Of a DNA stretch of 64,000 bases, positions 9,767 through 24,824 are shown piece after piece. The stretch lies in the NCBI RefSeq assembly GCF_056712565.1, contig NZ_CM160072.1; one strand, given 5' to 3'. Numbering within the stretch: the stretch's first letter is position 1; every line of letters starts with the position of its first letter. The notes beneath the pieces were generated by a model. The model was not told where the DNA came from. It worked only from the letters and a program-made list of their open reading frames with translations, and searched no databases. A program made the position numbers and the translations under genes.

Positions 9767-10660
9767 ATGCGCTTAATCTTTATTCTATTCACTTTGTGGT
9801 GCCTTCCTGGGCTTGCCCAGCAAATTGCTGTGCCGGAACTGCGCCAACAGGTGACCGATATTACTGGTACGTTAAGCACTTCTGAACAACAATCACTGAC
9901 ACAGCAACTGCAGGATATTACACATAAAACACGGGCGCAGGTCGCTGTATTAGTAGTGCCGTCCACCGGAGACGATTCCATTGAACAATATGCTACAAGG
10001 GTTTTTGATAGCTGGAAACTGGGAGATAAGCAGAGAAACGATGGTATTTTACTTCTGGTTGCCTGGGAGGATCATGCTGTTCGTATTGAGGTTGGCTACG
10101 GGCTGGAAGGGGTGGTTACCGACCTGCAAGCGGCGAAGATTATCAGGGATATATTGATCCCTGCCTTCAAAAGTGATGACCTGATGGGTGGATTAACACT
10201 GGCAAGCGAAAATATCGGCGCGCTTCTGTTGAATGGTGAATTACCGGAAGACAGGGGGGATTATTACAGTATCAATCCCCCTATTCCATTATCGCTTGCT
10301 GTAATTATATTGCTGGCGGTACTTTCATATTTTATTGTTTTTACCGATCCGTCGAATTTACCCTGGATCACTCTCACTGGCGCCATTTACGGGATGGTAT
10401 TCCTCTATGTTGCCGAGCCAGGACCATGGACCAATTTAATCGTTGCCTGCGGTATGTTAACGCCTTTTGCGATCGTACCACTGGTTGTTTTTTGGCTTAT
10501 CGTCAATAAAAAGCTACGCGCCAAATACAAAAAACTCAGTAAAGAAAGAGCTTCAAGAAAAGGTTCTTCTTCATCCTCTTCCGGTGGAGGCTCAAGTGGC
10601 GGCGGATTTAGCGGCGGGGGCGGTTCTTCTGGCGGTGGCGGCGCGTCCGGTCGCTGGTAA
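9767..10660 (+). CDS. TPM-domain (YgcG-family) membrane protein, paralog 3
   Basis: Closely parallels paralog 1 (IEQYATRVFDSWK, LLLVAWEDHAVRIEVGYGLEG), ends ...GGGGSSGGGGASGRW. Alternative start at 9755 overlaps the previous stop. Confidence 0.8.
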   Translation: MRLIFILFTLWCLPGLAQQIAVPELRQQVTDITGTLSTSEQQSLTQQLQDITHKTRAQVAVLVVPSTGDDSIEQYATRVFDSWKLGDKQRNDGILLLVAWEDHAVRIEVGYGLEGVVTDLQAAKIIRDILIPAFKSDDLMGGLTLASENIGALLLNGELPEDRGDYYSINPPIPLSLAVIILLAVLSYFIVFTDPSNLPWITLTGAIYGMVFLYVAEPGPWTNLIVACGMLTPFAIVPLVVFWLIVNKKLRAKYKKLSKERASRKGSSSSSSGGGSSGGGFSGGGGSSGGGGASGRW

Positions 10661-10670
10661 CTCAACCATA

Positions 10671-10700
10671 AAAAACGCCAGCCCGAAGGCTGGCATTTTT
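10671..10700. terminator. bidirectional rho-independent terminator between the TPM array and eno
   Basis: Hairpin gccagcc-cgaa-ggctggc (10677-10694) flanked by an A-run and a T-run. Confidence 0.6.
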
Positions 10701-10719
10701 AAATCAGATAAAGTCAGAC

Positions 10720-12033
<1,314 letters not shown>

Positions 12034-12105
12034 TCACTAGTTAAACTGAAACTCCAGACAAACAACGCGTACCCAGGGTACGCGTTGCCGTTCTAACTTT
12101 TTTAC

Positions 12106-13758
<1,653 letters not shown>

Positions 13759-13970
13759 TTAGGTTGAAAAGACGATGGAATAACCAGGACGGGAAAGCAG
13801 TATACCCGAACATGACCTGTGCCACAAACTTTCATTATCCCTCCTCTTCGCCAGCGCACTATTGAAATCAGGAGTGAGAAAATAGCCCCTTTGGGGTAAA
13901 TGTTTTTGACGCAAATCAAGCGCTTGTCATTTAAAAAATGACACAAATCGCGCTTGACCGCGTAATTCCC

Positions 13971-14762
13971 TTAGAGATCAATTTCCTGCCGTTTTACCTG
14001 TTGCCAGACTTCTTCCATTGTTTCGAGGTCAACACCTGTCATTTCCAGTCCACGCGCGGTAACAATACGCTCCACTTCGCGAAAACGACGCTCGAATTTT
14101 TCGTTCGCTTTTTGCAATGCGATTTCCGCTTTTGTCCCTAAATGACGAGCCAGATTGACCGTGGCAAACAGCAGGTCACCCATTTCCTCCTCCAGTTTAG
14201 CCTGGTCGACAACAGCCTGCCGCGCCTCGTACATCACCTCGTCGATCTCTTCGTAGACTTTATCTACTACCGGACCAAGCGTCGTCCAGTCGAAACCAAC
14301 GTTGGCGCAACGTTTCTGGATTTTTTGCGCACGCATTAAAGCCGGTAAACTACGAGGAATATCGTCCAGCGCCGAATGCTGCGCTTTCTGCGCGCGCTCT
14401 TCGGTTTTGATTTGCTCCCAACGGGCAAGCACTTCACTACTATTTTCGGCAGAACTGTCAGCAAAAACATGCGGATGGCGACGCTCTAATTTATCGCTAA
14501 TAGCAGCGCAAATATCATTAAAGTCAAAGCGCCCTTCTTCCTGAGCCATTTGTGCGTAAAACACCACCTGGAACAGCAGATCGCCCAGTTCACCGCGCAG
14601 ATCGTCAAAATCTTCACGGGCGATGGCGTCCAGCACCTCGTAGGTTTCTTCAAGGGTGTAAGGCGCAATGGTGGCAAATGTCTGCTCTTTATCCCACGGG
14701 CAGCCGTTTTCCGGGTCGCGCAGGCGCTGCATGATGGTGAGCAAACGGTCGATTTGATTCAT
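13971..14762 (-). CDS. mazG: nucleoside triphosphate pyrophosphohydrolase MazG
   Basis: 263 aa; downstream of mazF in the same orientation. Confidence 0.9.
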   Translation of the reverse strand: MNQIDRLLTIMQRLRDPENGCPWDKEQTFATIAPYTLEETYEVLDAIAREDFDDLRGELGDLLFQVVFYAQMAQEEGRFDFNDICAAISDKLERRHPHVFADSSAENSSEVLARWEQIKTEERAQKAQHSALDDIPRSLPALMRAQKIQKRCANVGFDWTTLGPVVDKVYEEIDEVMYEARQAVVDQAKLEEEMGDLLFATVNLARHLGTKAEIALQKANEKFERRFREVERIVTARGLEMTGVDLETMEEVWQQVKRQEIDL

Positions 14763-14833
14763 TGAATTGTCCTGAAAATTGCGGGTCCGTCAGGTGTAAA
14801 CCTGTGACCAGAATAGAAGTGAGTTAGTAACAC

Positions 14834-15169
14834 CTACCCAATCAGCACGTTAATTTTGGCTTTAATGAGTTGTAATTCCTCTGGGGCAACTGTTCCTTTC
14901 TTCGTTGCTCCTCTTGCCCGCCAGGCGATACTTTTTACCTGATCAGCTAACGCTACGCCATCACGTTCCTGACCGGATAGAACAACTTCGAACGGATATC
15001 CTTTTGATTGCGTTGTACAAGGAACACACAGACACATACCTGTTTTGTTGTTGTACATGAACGGACTCAGGACAACAGCCGGACGATGTCCGGCTTGCTC
15101 GCTACCTTTTGTCGGGTCAAAATCAACCCAAATCAGATCGCCCGTATCGGGTACGTATCGGCTTACCAT
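14834..15169 (-). CDS. mazF: toxin MazF (mRNA interferase)
   Basis: 111 aa, [35 protein letters not shown]...; start overlaps mazE stop. Confidence 0.93.
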   Translation of the reverse strand: MVSRYVPDTGDLIWVDFDPTKGSEQAGHRPAVVLSPFMYNNKTGMCLCVPCTTQSKGYPFEVVLSGQERDGVALADQVKSIAWRARGATKKGTVAPEELQLIKAKINVLIG

Positions 15170-15417
15170 TACCAGACTTCCTTATCTTTCGGCTCCCCCC
15201 AGTCGATATTCTCGTGGAGGTTTTCCGGCGTGATGTCGTTGACCAGTTCAGCAAGCGTAAATACGGGCTCTTTACGCACTGGCTCAATAATTAATTTGCC
15301 ATCCACCAGGTCAATCTTCACTTCATCATCAATATTCAGATTGAGCGCCTGCATTAACGTAGCCGGGATCCGCACCGCCGGTGAATTTCCCCAACGCTTT
15401 ACGCTACTGTGGATCAT
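15169..15417 (-). CDS. mazE: antitoxin MazE
   Basis: 82 aa, [27 protein letters not shown]... (AbrB/SpoVT fold). Confidence 0.93.
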
Positions 15418-15435
15418 AACCCTTTCCTCAAACCG

Positions 15436-15480
15436 CGATCATATGTAGATACAGTATATATCAATCTACATTGTAGATAC
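15436..15480 (-). promoter_or_regulatory. mazEF promoter/operator region with interleaved repeats
   Basis: gtagatacagtatatatcaatctacattgtagatac directly upstream of mazE, resembling the described alternating-palindrome autoregulation site. Confidence 0.5.
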
Positions 15481-15494
15481 GAGCAAGTTTCGGC

Positions 15495-17729
15495 CTAACT
15501 CCCGTGCAACCGACGCGCGTCGATAACATCCGGTACCTGGTTGAGTTTACCCAGCACGCGCCCCAGCACTTGCAGGTTGTAAATCTCAATGGTCATGTCG
15601 ATGGTCGCCAGTTGCTGTTTGGTGTCGCTACGGCTGGCAACGCCAAGTACGTTCACCTTCTCGTTGGCGAGAATGGTCGTGATATCACGTAACAACCCAC
15701 TACGATCATTAGCCACCACGCGGACCACCAGCGAATATCCGGCGGAGTAGCTCTCGCCCCATACCGCGTCAACAATGCGTTCTGGCGCATGGGAGCGCAG
15801 TTCCGCCAATTGTTCGCAATCGGCGCGGTGTACTGAAATACCGCGCCCCTGGGTAATGAAGCCGACAATCTCATCTCCAGGAATCGGCTGGCAGCAGCGC
15901 GCGATGTGGTGCATCAGGTTACCGACCCCTTCTACCACCACACGACCGTTATCTTTACTGCGGTTTTGCGGCGTGTAGCTTTTTTGCTGAAGCTGTTTCA
16001 GCGCGGCGGCGTCCTGCTCTTCGGCACTCGGCTTATTAAATTGCGATTGCAGGAAGTTCACCATCTGATTGAGACGGATATCCCCGCCACCAATCGCCGC
16101 CAGCAACTCGTCGACATCATTGAAGTTGTAACGCGGCAGCAGATGTTTTTCTGCTTCTTTCAGGCTGATCCCCAGATGTTCCAGCTCGTCGTCAAGAATT
16201 TGCCGCCCAGCCAGAATGTTTTTGTCACGGTCCTGTTTACGGAACCAGGCGTGAATTTTCGAACGCCCACGGCTGGTTGTGACGTAACCGAGGTTTGGGT
16301 TTAACCAGTCACGGCTGGGGTTCGGCTGTTTCTGGGTGATAATTTCAATCTGGTCGCCCATCTGCAGCTGGTAGGTGAACGGCACAATGCGCCCGCCAAT
16401 TTTTGCCCCGATGCAGCGGTGTCCGACATCACTGTGGATGTGGTAAGCGAAGTCCAGCGGCGTTGATCCCGCAGGCAAATCAACGACATCACCTTTCGGC
16501 GTAAAGACGTACACTCGGTCGTCAAAGACCTGACTACGTACTTCGTCGAGCATTTCGCCGGAATCAGCCATCTCTTCCTGCCACGCAATCAGTTTACGCA
16601 GCCAGGCAATCCGGTCTTCATGTCCCGAACGTGCGCCGCCAGCAGCCGCGCCCTCTTTATATTTCCAGTGCGCAGCAACACCCAACTCTGCATCTTCATG
16701 CATCTGTTTGGTGCGGATTTGGATCTCAACGGTTTTGCCACCCGGCCCCAGAACCACGGTATGAATGGACTGATAACCGTTTGGTTTCGGGTTAGCGACG
16801 TAATCGTCAAACTCATCCGGCAGGTGGCGATAGTGAGTGTGCACTATCCCCAGTGCGGCATAACAATCCTGTAAACGCTCGGCGACAATACGTACCGCAC
16901 GCACATCAAACAGCTCATCGAAGGCGAGGTTCTTTTTCTGCATTTTGCGCCAGATACTGTAGATGTGTTTCGGACGGCCATACACTTCAGCTTTAACGCC
17001 TTCAGCTTTCATCTCAGCGCGCAGATGGCCGACAAACTCTTCGATATAGTGTTCGCGGTCGAGACGGCGTTCATGCAGCAGTTTTGCGATGCGTTTGTAT
17101 TCGGTCGGGTGGAGATAACGGAAGCAGTAATCTTCCAGCTCCCATTTCAGTTGCCCAATCCCAAGACGGTTCGCCAACGGCGCGTAGATATTGGTGCACT
17201 CTTTTGCCGCCAGTACGCGTTCATCTTCCGGCGCATCTTTTACTTCGCGCAGGTGAGCAATACGCTCCGCCAGTTTGATGACCACGCAGCGAAAATCATC
17301 GACCATCGCCAATAACATCCGGCGAACGTTATCGACCTGTTCGGAGGAAACAGAATCAGTGTGCGTCGCTTTCAGCTGGCGGATCGCCGCCATATCACGC
17401 ACGCCGTGAATAAGGTTAACGACCGACTTACCGACGCTCTCACGCAGCACATCTTCGCTGACTACGTTGGCATCAGCCAGAGGGAACAGCAGCGCCGCCC
17501 GCAGCGTGTCAATGTCCATACTTAATGTCGAGAGGATCTCCACCATCTCAACACCACGCCACAATAACAGACTGGCATCCGGATGCCCCTGCGTCTGTTG
17601 CAGACAATACGCCCAGGTTTCGGCTAAGCACTCACACGACTTCTGGCTGGTAATACCCAGACTTGCGATCCATTTTTCCGGATCAAATTCACCAGCCTTA
17701 TTGATATGTGCACTTCTTACCGCAACCAT
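15495..17729 (-). CDS. relA: GTP pyrophosphokinase, (p)ppGpp synthetase I
   Basis: 744 aa; RelA/SpoT-family architecture; synteny upstream of mazEF. Confidence 0.95.
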   Translation of the reverse strand: MVAVRSAHINKAGEFDPEKWIASLGITSQKSCECLAETWAYCLQQTQGHPDASLLLWRGVEMVEILSTLSMDIDTLRAALLFPLADANVVSEDVLRESVGKSVVNLIHGVRDMAAIRQLKATHTDSVSSEQVDNVRRMLLAMVDDFRCVVIKLAERIAHLREVKDAPEDERVLAAKECTNIYAPLANRLGIGQLKWELEDYCFRYLHPTEYKRIAKLLHERRLDREHYIEEFVGHLRAEMKAEGVKAEVYGRPKHIYSIWRKMQKKNLAFDELFDVRAVRIVAERLQDCYAALGIVHTHYRHLPDEFDDYVANPKPNGYQSIHTVVLGPGGKTVEIQIRTKQMHEDAELGVAAHWKYKEGAAAGGARSGHEDRIAWLRKLIAWQEEMADSGEMLDEVRSQVFDDRVYVFTPKGDVVDLPAGSTPLDFAYHIHSDVGHRCIGAKIGGRIVPFTYQLQMGDQIEIITQKQPNPSRDWLNPNLGYVTTSRGRSKIHAWFRKQDRDKNILAGRQILDDELEHLGISLKEAEKHLLPRYNFNDVDELLAAIGGGDIRLNQMVNFLQSQFNKPSAEEQDAAALKQLQQKSYTPQNRSKDNGRVVVEGVGNLMHHIARCCQPIPGDEIVGFITQGRGISVHRADCEQLAELRSHAPERIVDAVWGESYSAGYSLVVRVVANDRSGLLRDITTILANEKVNVLGVASRSDTKQQLATIDMTIEIYNLQVLGRVLGKLNQVPDVIDARRLHGS

Positions 17730-17776
17730 CGTCCTCTCCTTTAGGGACCAGACCTGCCGAAATCGGCAAATCGTAA

Positions 17777-19078
17777 CTATTTAACGCGCGAGAAAAGTAC
17801 CATCGATTCCAGATGTCCCGTGTGTGGGAACATATCCAGCATCGCCAGTCGCGCAATGGTATATCCTGCTTTTAATAACGCTTCGCTATCCCGAGCCAGC
17901 GTTGCAGGGTTACAGGATACATAAACTATACGAATAGGTTCCAGTTTTATAATTTGCTGCATAACACCTGCGGCACCTGCTCGCGCCGGGTCCAGCAACA
18001 CTTTATCGAAGCCGTTTTTCGCCCACGGCTGCTTTGTGACATCTTCTTCAAGATTTTCGTGATAAAACGTCACATTCTGTAAGCCATTAAGACGCGCATT
18101 CTGCTGGCCTTTTTCCACCAGCGCCGGAACACCTTCTACACCCACCACACTGGCAGCTTGTGTCGCCAATGGCAGTGTAAAGTTGCCCATACCGCAGAAC
18201 AGATCCAGTACGCAATCTTCAGGTTCCACATCCAGCCATTCCAACGCACGCGCTACCATTTTCTGGTTCACACCCGCATTGACCTGAATAAAATCGCGCG
18301 GGCTAAAAGTTAAGCGCAACCCATTTGAGTCATACCAGGGCATCTCACCAGAGACGGTTTCGAGTATCTCACTATCGGGGGCGAGATACAGATCCAGGCC
18401 TTCAGAATGCGAAAAGCATTCCAGTTTTTCGCGATCTGCCGAACTTAGCGGTGCGGTATGGCGCAAAATCATTAGCGTGCCGCTGGTTGCCTGTACCAGT
18501 TCAACATGACCAAGATGGCGCATAGCTTGTAAGCTGCCCAGGCATGCCCTGACTTTGGGCAGCAATGCTTCAAGTTGGGGCACTAAAATGGGGCATTGTT
18601 TAACGTCGACAATGTCACTGGAGCCCGCTTTGCGAAACCCCATCTGAAGTTGCTGTGTTTTCGGTAAGTAGTTCAGACTTAAACGCGCGCGACGGCGATA
18701 GCCCCAGGGAACATCGGCGATCACTTCAGAGACTTCGTGTTTCATTAATCGGGCGAGTGCCGCACTTTTGCTTCGCTGCTGTAAATCCACACTGGCGTGT
18801 TGTTGCTGACAGCCGCCGCATACGCCAAAATGAGGACAGCGTGGCGTTTCGCGTTCCGGGCTATCGCTTAATCGGCGTACGACTTTAGCGCGGGCATACT
18901 GTTTTTTATCTTCAGTAACAGTAACTTCCGCGTTTTCCTGCGGCAATAATCCGGGGATAAATAATGTTTTGCCGTTATGTCGCGCCACACCCTGACCAAA
19001 AGAGTCGAGGTCGTTGACTGAAACGGTTATGATCTGACGCGTCGTCGTGCGTCGTTTTGCAGAGTAGAATTGCGCCAT
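17777..19078 (-). CDS. rlmD: 23S rRNA (uracil1939-C5)-methyltransferase
   Basis: 433 aa; TRAM domain and Cys cluster; synteny. Confidence 0.9.
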   Translation of the reverse strand: MAQFYSAKRRTTTRQIITVSVNDLDSFGQGVARHNGKTLFIPGLLPQENAEVTVTEDKKQYARAKVVRRLSDSPERETPRCPHFGVCGGCQQQHASVDLQQRSKSAALARLMKHEVSEVIADVPWGYRRRARLSLNYLPKTQQLQMGFRKAGSSDIVDVKQCPILVPQLEALLPKVRACLGSLQAMRHLGHVELVQATSGTLMILRHTAPLSSADREKLECFSHSEGLDLYLAPDSEILETVSGEMPWYDSNGLRLTFSPRDFIQVNAGVNQKMVARALEWLDVEPEDCVLDLFCGMGNFTLPLATQAASVVGVEGVPALVEKGQQNARLNGLQNVTFYHENLEEDVTKQPWAKNGFDKVLLDPARAGAAGVMQQIIKLEPIRIVYVSCNPATLARDSEALLKAGYTIARLAMLDMFPHTGHLESMVLFSRVK

Positions 19079-19134
19079 TGGCGAGACTTTCTCAATTTAA
19101 CAGTGTGACCTTAATTGTCCCATAACGGAACTCC

Positions 19135-21891
19135 ATGACCAACTACAGCCTGCGCGCACGCATGATGATTCTGATCCTGGCACCGACCGTCCTTATTGGT
19201 TTATTGCTGAGTATCTTTTTCGTCGTGCATCGCTATAACGACTTGCAGCGTCAACTGGAAGATGCCGGTGCCAGCATTATTGAGCCGCTTGCAGTTTCTA
19301 CTGAATATGGCATGAGTCTGCAAAATCGCGAATCTATCGGTCAGTTAATAAGCGTACTGCATCGTCGCCATTCTGATATTGTTCGCGCGATTTCGGTTTA
19401 TGATGAAAATAACCGACTCTTTGTCACCTCCAATTTTCATCTTGATCCCTCATCAATGCAGCTCGGCAGCAACGTGCCGTTTCCTCGCCAGCTCACTGTC
19501 ACTCGTGACGGCGATATAATGATCCTCCGCACGCCGATTATTTCTGAAAGTTACTCCCCCGACGAATCGCCCAGTAGCGATGCCAAAAATAGTCAAAATA
19601 TGCTGGGATATATTGCGCTGGAGCTGGATCTTAAATCGGTTCGCTTGCAGCAATATAAAGAGATCTTTATTTCCAGCGTGATGATGCTGTTTTGTATCGG
19701 TATTGCGCTTATTTTTGGCTGGCGCTTAATGCGCGATGTAACCGGTCCGATTCGCAACATGGTGAATACCGTCGACCGCATCCGTCGCGGGCAACTCGAC
19801 AGCCGGGTGGAAGGTTTTATGCTCGGCGAACTGGATATGCTGAAAAACGGTATCAACTCGATGGCAATGTCGCTGGCGGCTTATCACGAAGAGATGCAAC
19901 ACAATATCGACCAGGCGACGTCCGATCTGCGTGAGACGCTGGAGCAAATGGAGATTCAGAACGTTGAGTTGGATCTGGCGAAAAAGCGCGCCCAGGAAGC
20001 GGCGCGTATTAAATCCGAGTTTCTGGCAAATATGTCACACGAGCTGCGTACACCACTGAATGGTGTTATTGGCTTTACCCGCCTGACGCTGAAAACAGAA
20101 TTAACACCAACGCAGCGCGATCACCTGAATACGATTGAACGTTCGGCAAATAATTTGCTGGCAATTATTAATGATGTTCTCGACTTCTCGAAACTGGAAG
20201 CCGGTAAGCTGATTCTGGAAAGTATTCCATTCCCACTACGCAGCACGCTGGATGAAGTCGTTACCCTGCTGGCACATTCTTCTCACGATAAAGGGCTGGA
20301 ACTGACGCTCAATATTAAAAGCGACGTGCCTGATAACGTGATCGGCGACCCACTACGATTACAGCAAATCATCACTAACCTGGTAGGGAATGCAATTAAA
20401 TTCACCGAGAATGGCAACATTGATATTCTGGTAGAAAAACGTGCGCTGAGTAATACCAAAGTGCAAATTGAAGTGCAGATTCGGGATACCGGCATTGGTA
20501 TTCCTGAACGCGATCAATCGCGCTTATTCCAGGCCTTCAGACAGGCTGATGCCAGTATTTCCCGCCGTCATGGTGGCACCGGGCTGGGGCTGGTGATTAC
20601 ACAAAAACTGGTTAATGAAATGGGCGGCGATATTTCGTTCCATAGCCTGCCGAATCGTGGTTCAACTTTCTGGTTCCACATTAATCTCGATCTGAACCCG
20701 AACATTATTATCGAAGGGCCATCCACCCAGTGCCTCGCTGGTAAGCGCCTGGCCTATGTCGAACCAAACTCCGCAGCAGCACAATGCACGCTGGATATTT
20801 TAAGTGAAACGCCGCTGGAAGTGGTTTATAGCCCAACGTTCTCCGCGCTGCCTCCCGCGCATTACGACATGATGTTATTAGGCATAGCGGTGACCTTCCG
20901 CGAGCCGCTAACAATGCAACATGAGCGATTAGCGAAAGCAGTATCGATGACCGATTTCCTGATGCTGGCACTTCCTTGCCATGCACAAGTCAATGCTGAA
21001 AAACTTAAGCAAGATGGTATCGGCGCGTGTCTGCTGAAACCATTAACACCTACGCGCCTGTTGCCTGCCCTGACGGAATTTTGTCATCACAAACAAAACA
21101 CGCTTTTGCCTGTAACCGATGAAAGTAAGCTGGCAATGACAGTCATGGCGGTTGATGACAACCCCGCTAACCTGAAACTTATCGGCGCATTGCTGGAAGA
21201 TATGGTGCAACATGTGGAACTTTGCGATAGCGGGCATCAGGCGGTTGAACGGGCGAAACAGATGCCGTTCGATTTAATCTTAATGGATATTCAAATGCCG
21301 GACATGGACGGCATTCGGGCATGTGAGCTCATCCACCAGCTCCCGCATCAGCAGCAAACGCCGGTTATCGCGGTAACGGCGCATGCGATGGCCGGGCAAA
21401 AAGAGAAACTGCTTGGCGCGGGGATGAGTGATTATCTGGCCAAACCGATCGAAGAAGAGCGATTGCATAATTTGCTGTTGCGCTACAAGCCTGGCAGCGG
21501 TATTTCCTCTCGCGTCGTGACGCCCGAAGTCAACGAAATTGTGGTCAACCCGAATGCGACCCTCGACTGGCAACTGGCACTACGCCAGGCAGCAGGAAAA
21601 ACCGATTTAGCGCGCGATATGCTGCAAATGTTACTCGATTTCCTGCCTGAAGTTCGCAACAAAGTTGAGGAACAGCTGGTTGGAGAAAACCCGGAAGGCC
21701 TGGTTGATTTGATTCATAAACTGCATGGCAGTTGCGGCTATAGCGGTGTACCGCGTATGAAGAATCTCTGCCAACTGATCGAACAACAGCTACGTAGCGG
21801 TACTAAAGAAGAAGATTTAGAGCCGGAGCTGCTGGAACTGTTGGACGAGATGGATAATGTAGCGCGCGAAGCCAGCAAAATTCTCGGGTAA
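19135..21891 (+). CDS. barA: hybrid sensor histidine kinase BarA
   Basis: 918 aa; N-terminal TM, HAMP, HisKA (SHELRTPLN), HATPase, receiver and Hpt domains. Confidence 0.95.
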   Translation: MTNYSLRARMMILILAPTVLIGLLLSIFFVVHRYNDLQRQLEDAGASIIEPLAVSTEYGMSLQNRESIGQLISVLHRRHSDIVRAISVYDENNRLFVTSNFHLDPSSMQLGSNVPFPRQLTVTRDGDIMILRTPIISESYSPDESPSSDAKNSQNMLGYIALELDLKSVRLQQYKEIFISSVMMLFCIGIALIFGWRLMRDVTGPIRNMVNTVDRIRRGQLDSRVEGFMLGELDMLKNGINSMAMSLAAYHEEMQHNIDQATSDLRETLEQMEIQNVELDLAKKRAQEAARIKSEFLANMSHELRTPLNGVIGFTRLTLKTELTPTQRDHLNTIERSANNLLAIINDVLDFSKLEAGKLILESIPFPLRSTLDEVVTLLAHSSHDKGLELTLNIKSDVPDNVIGDPLRLQQIITNLVGNAIKFTENGNIDILVEKRALSNTKVQIEVQIRDTGIGIPERDQSRLFQAFRQADASISRRHGGTGLGLVITQKLVNEMGGDISFHSLPNRGSTFWFHINLDLNPNIIIEGPSTQCLAGKRLAYVEPNSAAAQCTLDILSETPLEVVYSPTFSALPPAHYDMMLLGIAVTFREPLTMQHERLAKAVSMTDFLMLALPCHAQVNAEKLKQDGIGACLLKPLTPTRLLPALTEFCHHKQNTLLPVTDESKLAMTVMAVDDNPANLKLIGALLEDMVQHVELCDSGHQAVERAKQMPFDLILMDIQMPDMDGIRACELIHQLPHQQQTPVIAVTAHAMAGQKEKLLGAGMSDYLAKPIEEERLHNLLLRYKPGSGISSRVVTPEVNEIVVNPNATLDWQLALRQAAGKTDLARDMLQMLLDFLPEVRNKVEEQLVGENPEGLVDLIHKLHGSCGYSGVPRMKNLCQLIEQQLRSGTKEEDLEPELLELLDEMDNVAREASKILG

Positions 21892-21962
21892 TGGACGTCT
21901 TGTCGAGTAGCAACCGGATTTTTATGACGCTGGTTTCAGATTGGTGACAAGTGCCTGTGTTT

Positions 21963-21996
21963 ATGCCGGATGCGGCGTTAACGCCTTATCCGGCCT
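21963..21996. repeat. REP-like palindromic element
   Basis: gccggatgcggcgttaacgccttatccggc motif typical of E. coli REP sequences. Confidence 0.55.
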
Positions 21997-22121
21997 GCAA
22001 AACCAATTAAATTCAATGAATTAAAAAATGATGTAGCCCTGATACGTAGCGCAACAGGCAATTTTGCGTTTGGCATCAGTCTCAAACCGGCTCCAGATAG
22101 AGCCGGTTTTGGTTTTCTGTC

Positions 22122-23462
22122 TTAACGCACCATGCACGGACGCTTGTTATCGAACGTCCAGCCGGGGATCAGGTACTGCATTCCCATCGCATCGTCACGC
22201 GCGCCAAGCCCGTGTTTCTGATACAGCTCGTGCGCTTTCATCACTTGATCCATATCGATTTCTACACCCAGCCCCGGTTTTTCTGGCACCTGAACCAGAC
22301 CGCCTTTGATCTCTAACGGTTCTTTGGTCAGGCGCTGATTACCTTCCTGCCAGATCCAGTGCGTATCAATCGCGGTGATTTTACCCGGTGCGGCAGCGGC
22401 AACATGGGTAAACATCGCCAGGGAAATATCGAAGTGGTTGTTGGAGTGTGAACCCCAGGTCAGGCCAAATTCATGACACATTTGCGCCACACGTACCGAA
22501 CCTTGCATCGTCCAGAAATGCGGATCCGCAAGCGGGATATCAACGGATTGCAACGAGAGCGTATGGCCCATCTGCCGCCAGTCGGTGGCGATCATATTGG
22601 TTGCGGTCGGCAGGCCAGTTGCGCGACGGAACTCTGCCATCACTTCACGCCCGGAGAAACCTTGCTCCGCACCACACGGATCTTCTGCATAAGCCAGCGA
22701 ACCTTTCAGGTATGTACCGATTTTAATCGCTTCTTTCAGCGACCAGGCACCGTTAGGATCGAGCGTAATACGCGCCTGCGGGAAACGTTGCGCCAGTGCC
22801 ACAATAGATTCGGCTTCTTCTTCCCCGGCCAGTACACCGCCTTTCAGTTTGAAATCGTTGAAGCCATATTTTTCATACGCCGCTTCCGCCAGGCGCACCA
22901 CCGCATCCGGCGTCATCGCTTCTTCATGACGCAGGCGATACCAGTCGCATGAGTCATCCGGCTGGCTTTGATACGGCAGCGGTGTAGCTTTGCGATTGCC
23001 GACGAAGAACAGATAACCGAGCATTTCGACTTCGCTACGCTGTTGACCATCGCCCAGCAGCGATGCCACGTTTACCCCCAGATGCTGCCCCAGCAGATCC
23101 AGCATTGCCGCTTCTATCCCGGTAACTACATGAATAGTGGTACGCAAATCAAATGTCTGCAAACCGCGCCCACCGGCATCACGATCGGCAAAAGTATTAC
23201 GCACCAGCGTCAGAACGTTTTTGTATTCACCCAGCGTTTTACCCACCACCAGCGGAATCGCATCTTCCAGCGTTTTACGGATTTTCTCGCCGCCGGGAAT
23301 TTCCCCTACGCCAGTGTGACCGGAATTATCTTTGATAATCACAATATTACGCGTGAAGAACGGTGCATGTGCACCACTCAGATTCATCAGCATACTGTCA
23401 TGACCCGCCACCGGGATGACCTGCATTTCAGTAACAACAGGCGTCGTAAATTGAGAACTCAT
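22122..23462 (-). CDS. gudD: glucarate dehydratase
   Basis: 446 aa from [13 protein letters not shown]...; enolase-superfamily; last gene of the gudPXD arrangement. Confidence 0.9.
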   Translation of the reverse strand: MSSQFTTPVVTEMQVIPVAGHDSMLMNLSGAHAPFFTRNIVIIKDNSGHTGVGEIPGGEKIRKTLEDAIPLVVGKTLGEYKNVLTLVRNTFADRDAGGRGLQTFDLRTTIHVVTGIEAAMLDLLGQHLGVNVASLLGDGQQRSEVEMLGYLFFVGNRKATPLPYQSQPDDSCDWYRLRHEEAMTPDAVVRLAEAAYEKYGFNDFKLKGGVLAGEEEAESIVALAQRFPQARITLDPNGAWSLKEAIKIGTYLKGSLAYAEDPCGAEQGFSGREVMAEFRRATGLPTATNMIATDWRQMGHTLSLQSVDIPLADPHFWTMQGSVRVAQMCHEFGLTWGSHSNNHFDISLAMFTHVAAAAPGKITAIDTHWIWQEGNQRLTKEPLEIKGGLVQVPEKPGLGVEIDMDQVMKAHELYQKHGLGARDDAMGMQYLIPGWTFDNKRPCMVR

Positions 23463-23482
23463 ATTTATGTCCTTTTTCAGAA

Positions 23483-24823
23483 TCAATGACGGCCGAAAAC
23501 GGGACGTTTACGGTCAAAGGTCCAGCCGGGGATCAGGTACTGCATCGGGCCTGCGTCGTTACGCGCACCGCCAGGCAGACGTTTATAGGCCTCATGTGCC
23601 TTTTGTACCTGTTCCCAGTCCAGTTCCACGCCCAGACCGGGCGCATCAGGAACGGCAATTTTTCCGTTTTTAATCTCCAGCGGATTTTTGGTCAGACGAC
23701 AATCGCCCTCCTGCCAAATCCAGTGGGTATCGATAGCGGTAGGATTACCCGGTGCCGCCGCGCCCACATGGGTAAACATCGCCAGAGAGATATCAAAGTG
23801 GTTATTAGAATGGCAGCCCCAGGTCAGCCCCCAGTCGTCGCAAAGTTGCGCCACGCGGACTGCACCGGAAAGCGTCCAGAAGTGCGGATCGGCAAGTGGA
23901 ATATCTACCGCATTGAGCATCACCGCATGACCCATTTCGCGCCAGTTGGTGGCGATCATGTTGGTCGCGACGGGCAAGCCGGTCGCCCGTCGAAACTCCG
24001 CCATCACTTCACGACCGGAGAAACCCTGCTCAGCGCCGCACGGGTCTTCCGCATAGGTAAGGACATCATTCAGCCCTTTGCACAGAGAAATGGCTTCATC
24101 AAGCAGCCAGGCACCATTGGGATCAACGGTAATCCGCGCATCAGGGAAGCGTTTCTTCAATGCACGAACAGTGTCGATTTCTTGCTCGCCAGGTAACACG
24201 CCACCCTTAAGTTTGAAATCTTTAAAGCCATAGCGATCCTGTGAGGCTTCCGCCAGACGCACAACGGCTTCGCTGTTCATCGCTTTCTGATGCCGCAACT
24301 GATACCACTCATGGTTGCCCGGCGTATTTTCCAGATAAGGAAGATCGGTTTTGGTCCGATCACCGATATAAAACAGATAACCGAGAACGGTAATAGCATC
24401 ACGTTGCTTGCCTGGCCCTAACAGTTCGCAGACCGGAACATTCAGCGCCTGACCTAACAGGTCAAGCAAGGCGGCTTCCAGCGCCGCCACGGCATTAACG
24501 CGCAATTCAAAAGTCCAGGCACCTTTGCCGAAGGTATCAAAATCGGCTGCCTGATTACCTTTATGCACCTGCTGAACCACTTTATTCAGGCGCGCAACTT
24601 CCTGGCCCAGCACCATCGGAATAGCCTTGACCAGTGTTTGATAAATCACCTCTCCGCCCGGCGCTTCACCAATGCCGGTATGCCCGGCATTATCGGTGAG
24701 TACCACAATATTGCGGGTGAAATATGCGTTATGTGCACCACCAATATTAAGCAACATGCTGTCATGTCCGGCGACCGGAATGACTTTCATATCAGTAATA
24801 ACAGGACTGGATTGTGTCGTCAT
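23483..24823 (-). CDS. gudX: glucarate dehydratase-related protein
   Basis: 446 aa paralog of the adjacent dehydratase. Confidence 0.9.
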   Translation of the reverse strand: MTTQSSPVITDMKVIPVAGHDSMLLNIGGAHNAYFTRNIVVLTDNAGHTGIGEAPGGEVIYQTLVKAIPMVLGQEVARLNKVVQQVHKGNQAADFDTFGKGAWTFELRVNAVAALEAALLDLLGQALNVPVCELLGPGKQRDAITVLGYLFYIGDRTKTDLPYLENTPGNHEWYQLRHQKAMNSEAVVRLAEASQDRYGFKDFKLKGGVLPGEQEIDTVRALKKRFPDARITVDPNGAWLLDEAISLCKGLNDVLTYAEDPCGAEQGFSGREVMAEFRRATGLPVATNMIATNWREMGHAVMLNAVDIPLADPHFWTLSGAVRVAQLCDDWGLTWGCHSNNHFDISLAMFTHVGAAAPGNPTAIDTHWIWQEGDCRLTKNPLEIKNGKIAVPDAPGLGVELDWEQVQKAHEAYKRLPGGARNDAGPMQYLIPGWTFDRKRPVFGRH

Positions 24824-24824
24824 C

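Noticed and set aside
22122-23486. 454-aa form of gudD, and similar N-terminal extensions for fucK, xni, csdA, fucR, ygcW, tssB
   Set aside because: Upstream in-frame ATG/GTG codons lack ribosome-binding sites and the shorter forms match expected lengths and have good Shine-Dalgarno spacing.
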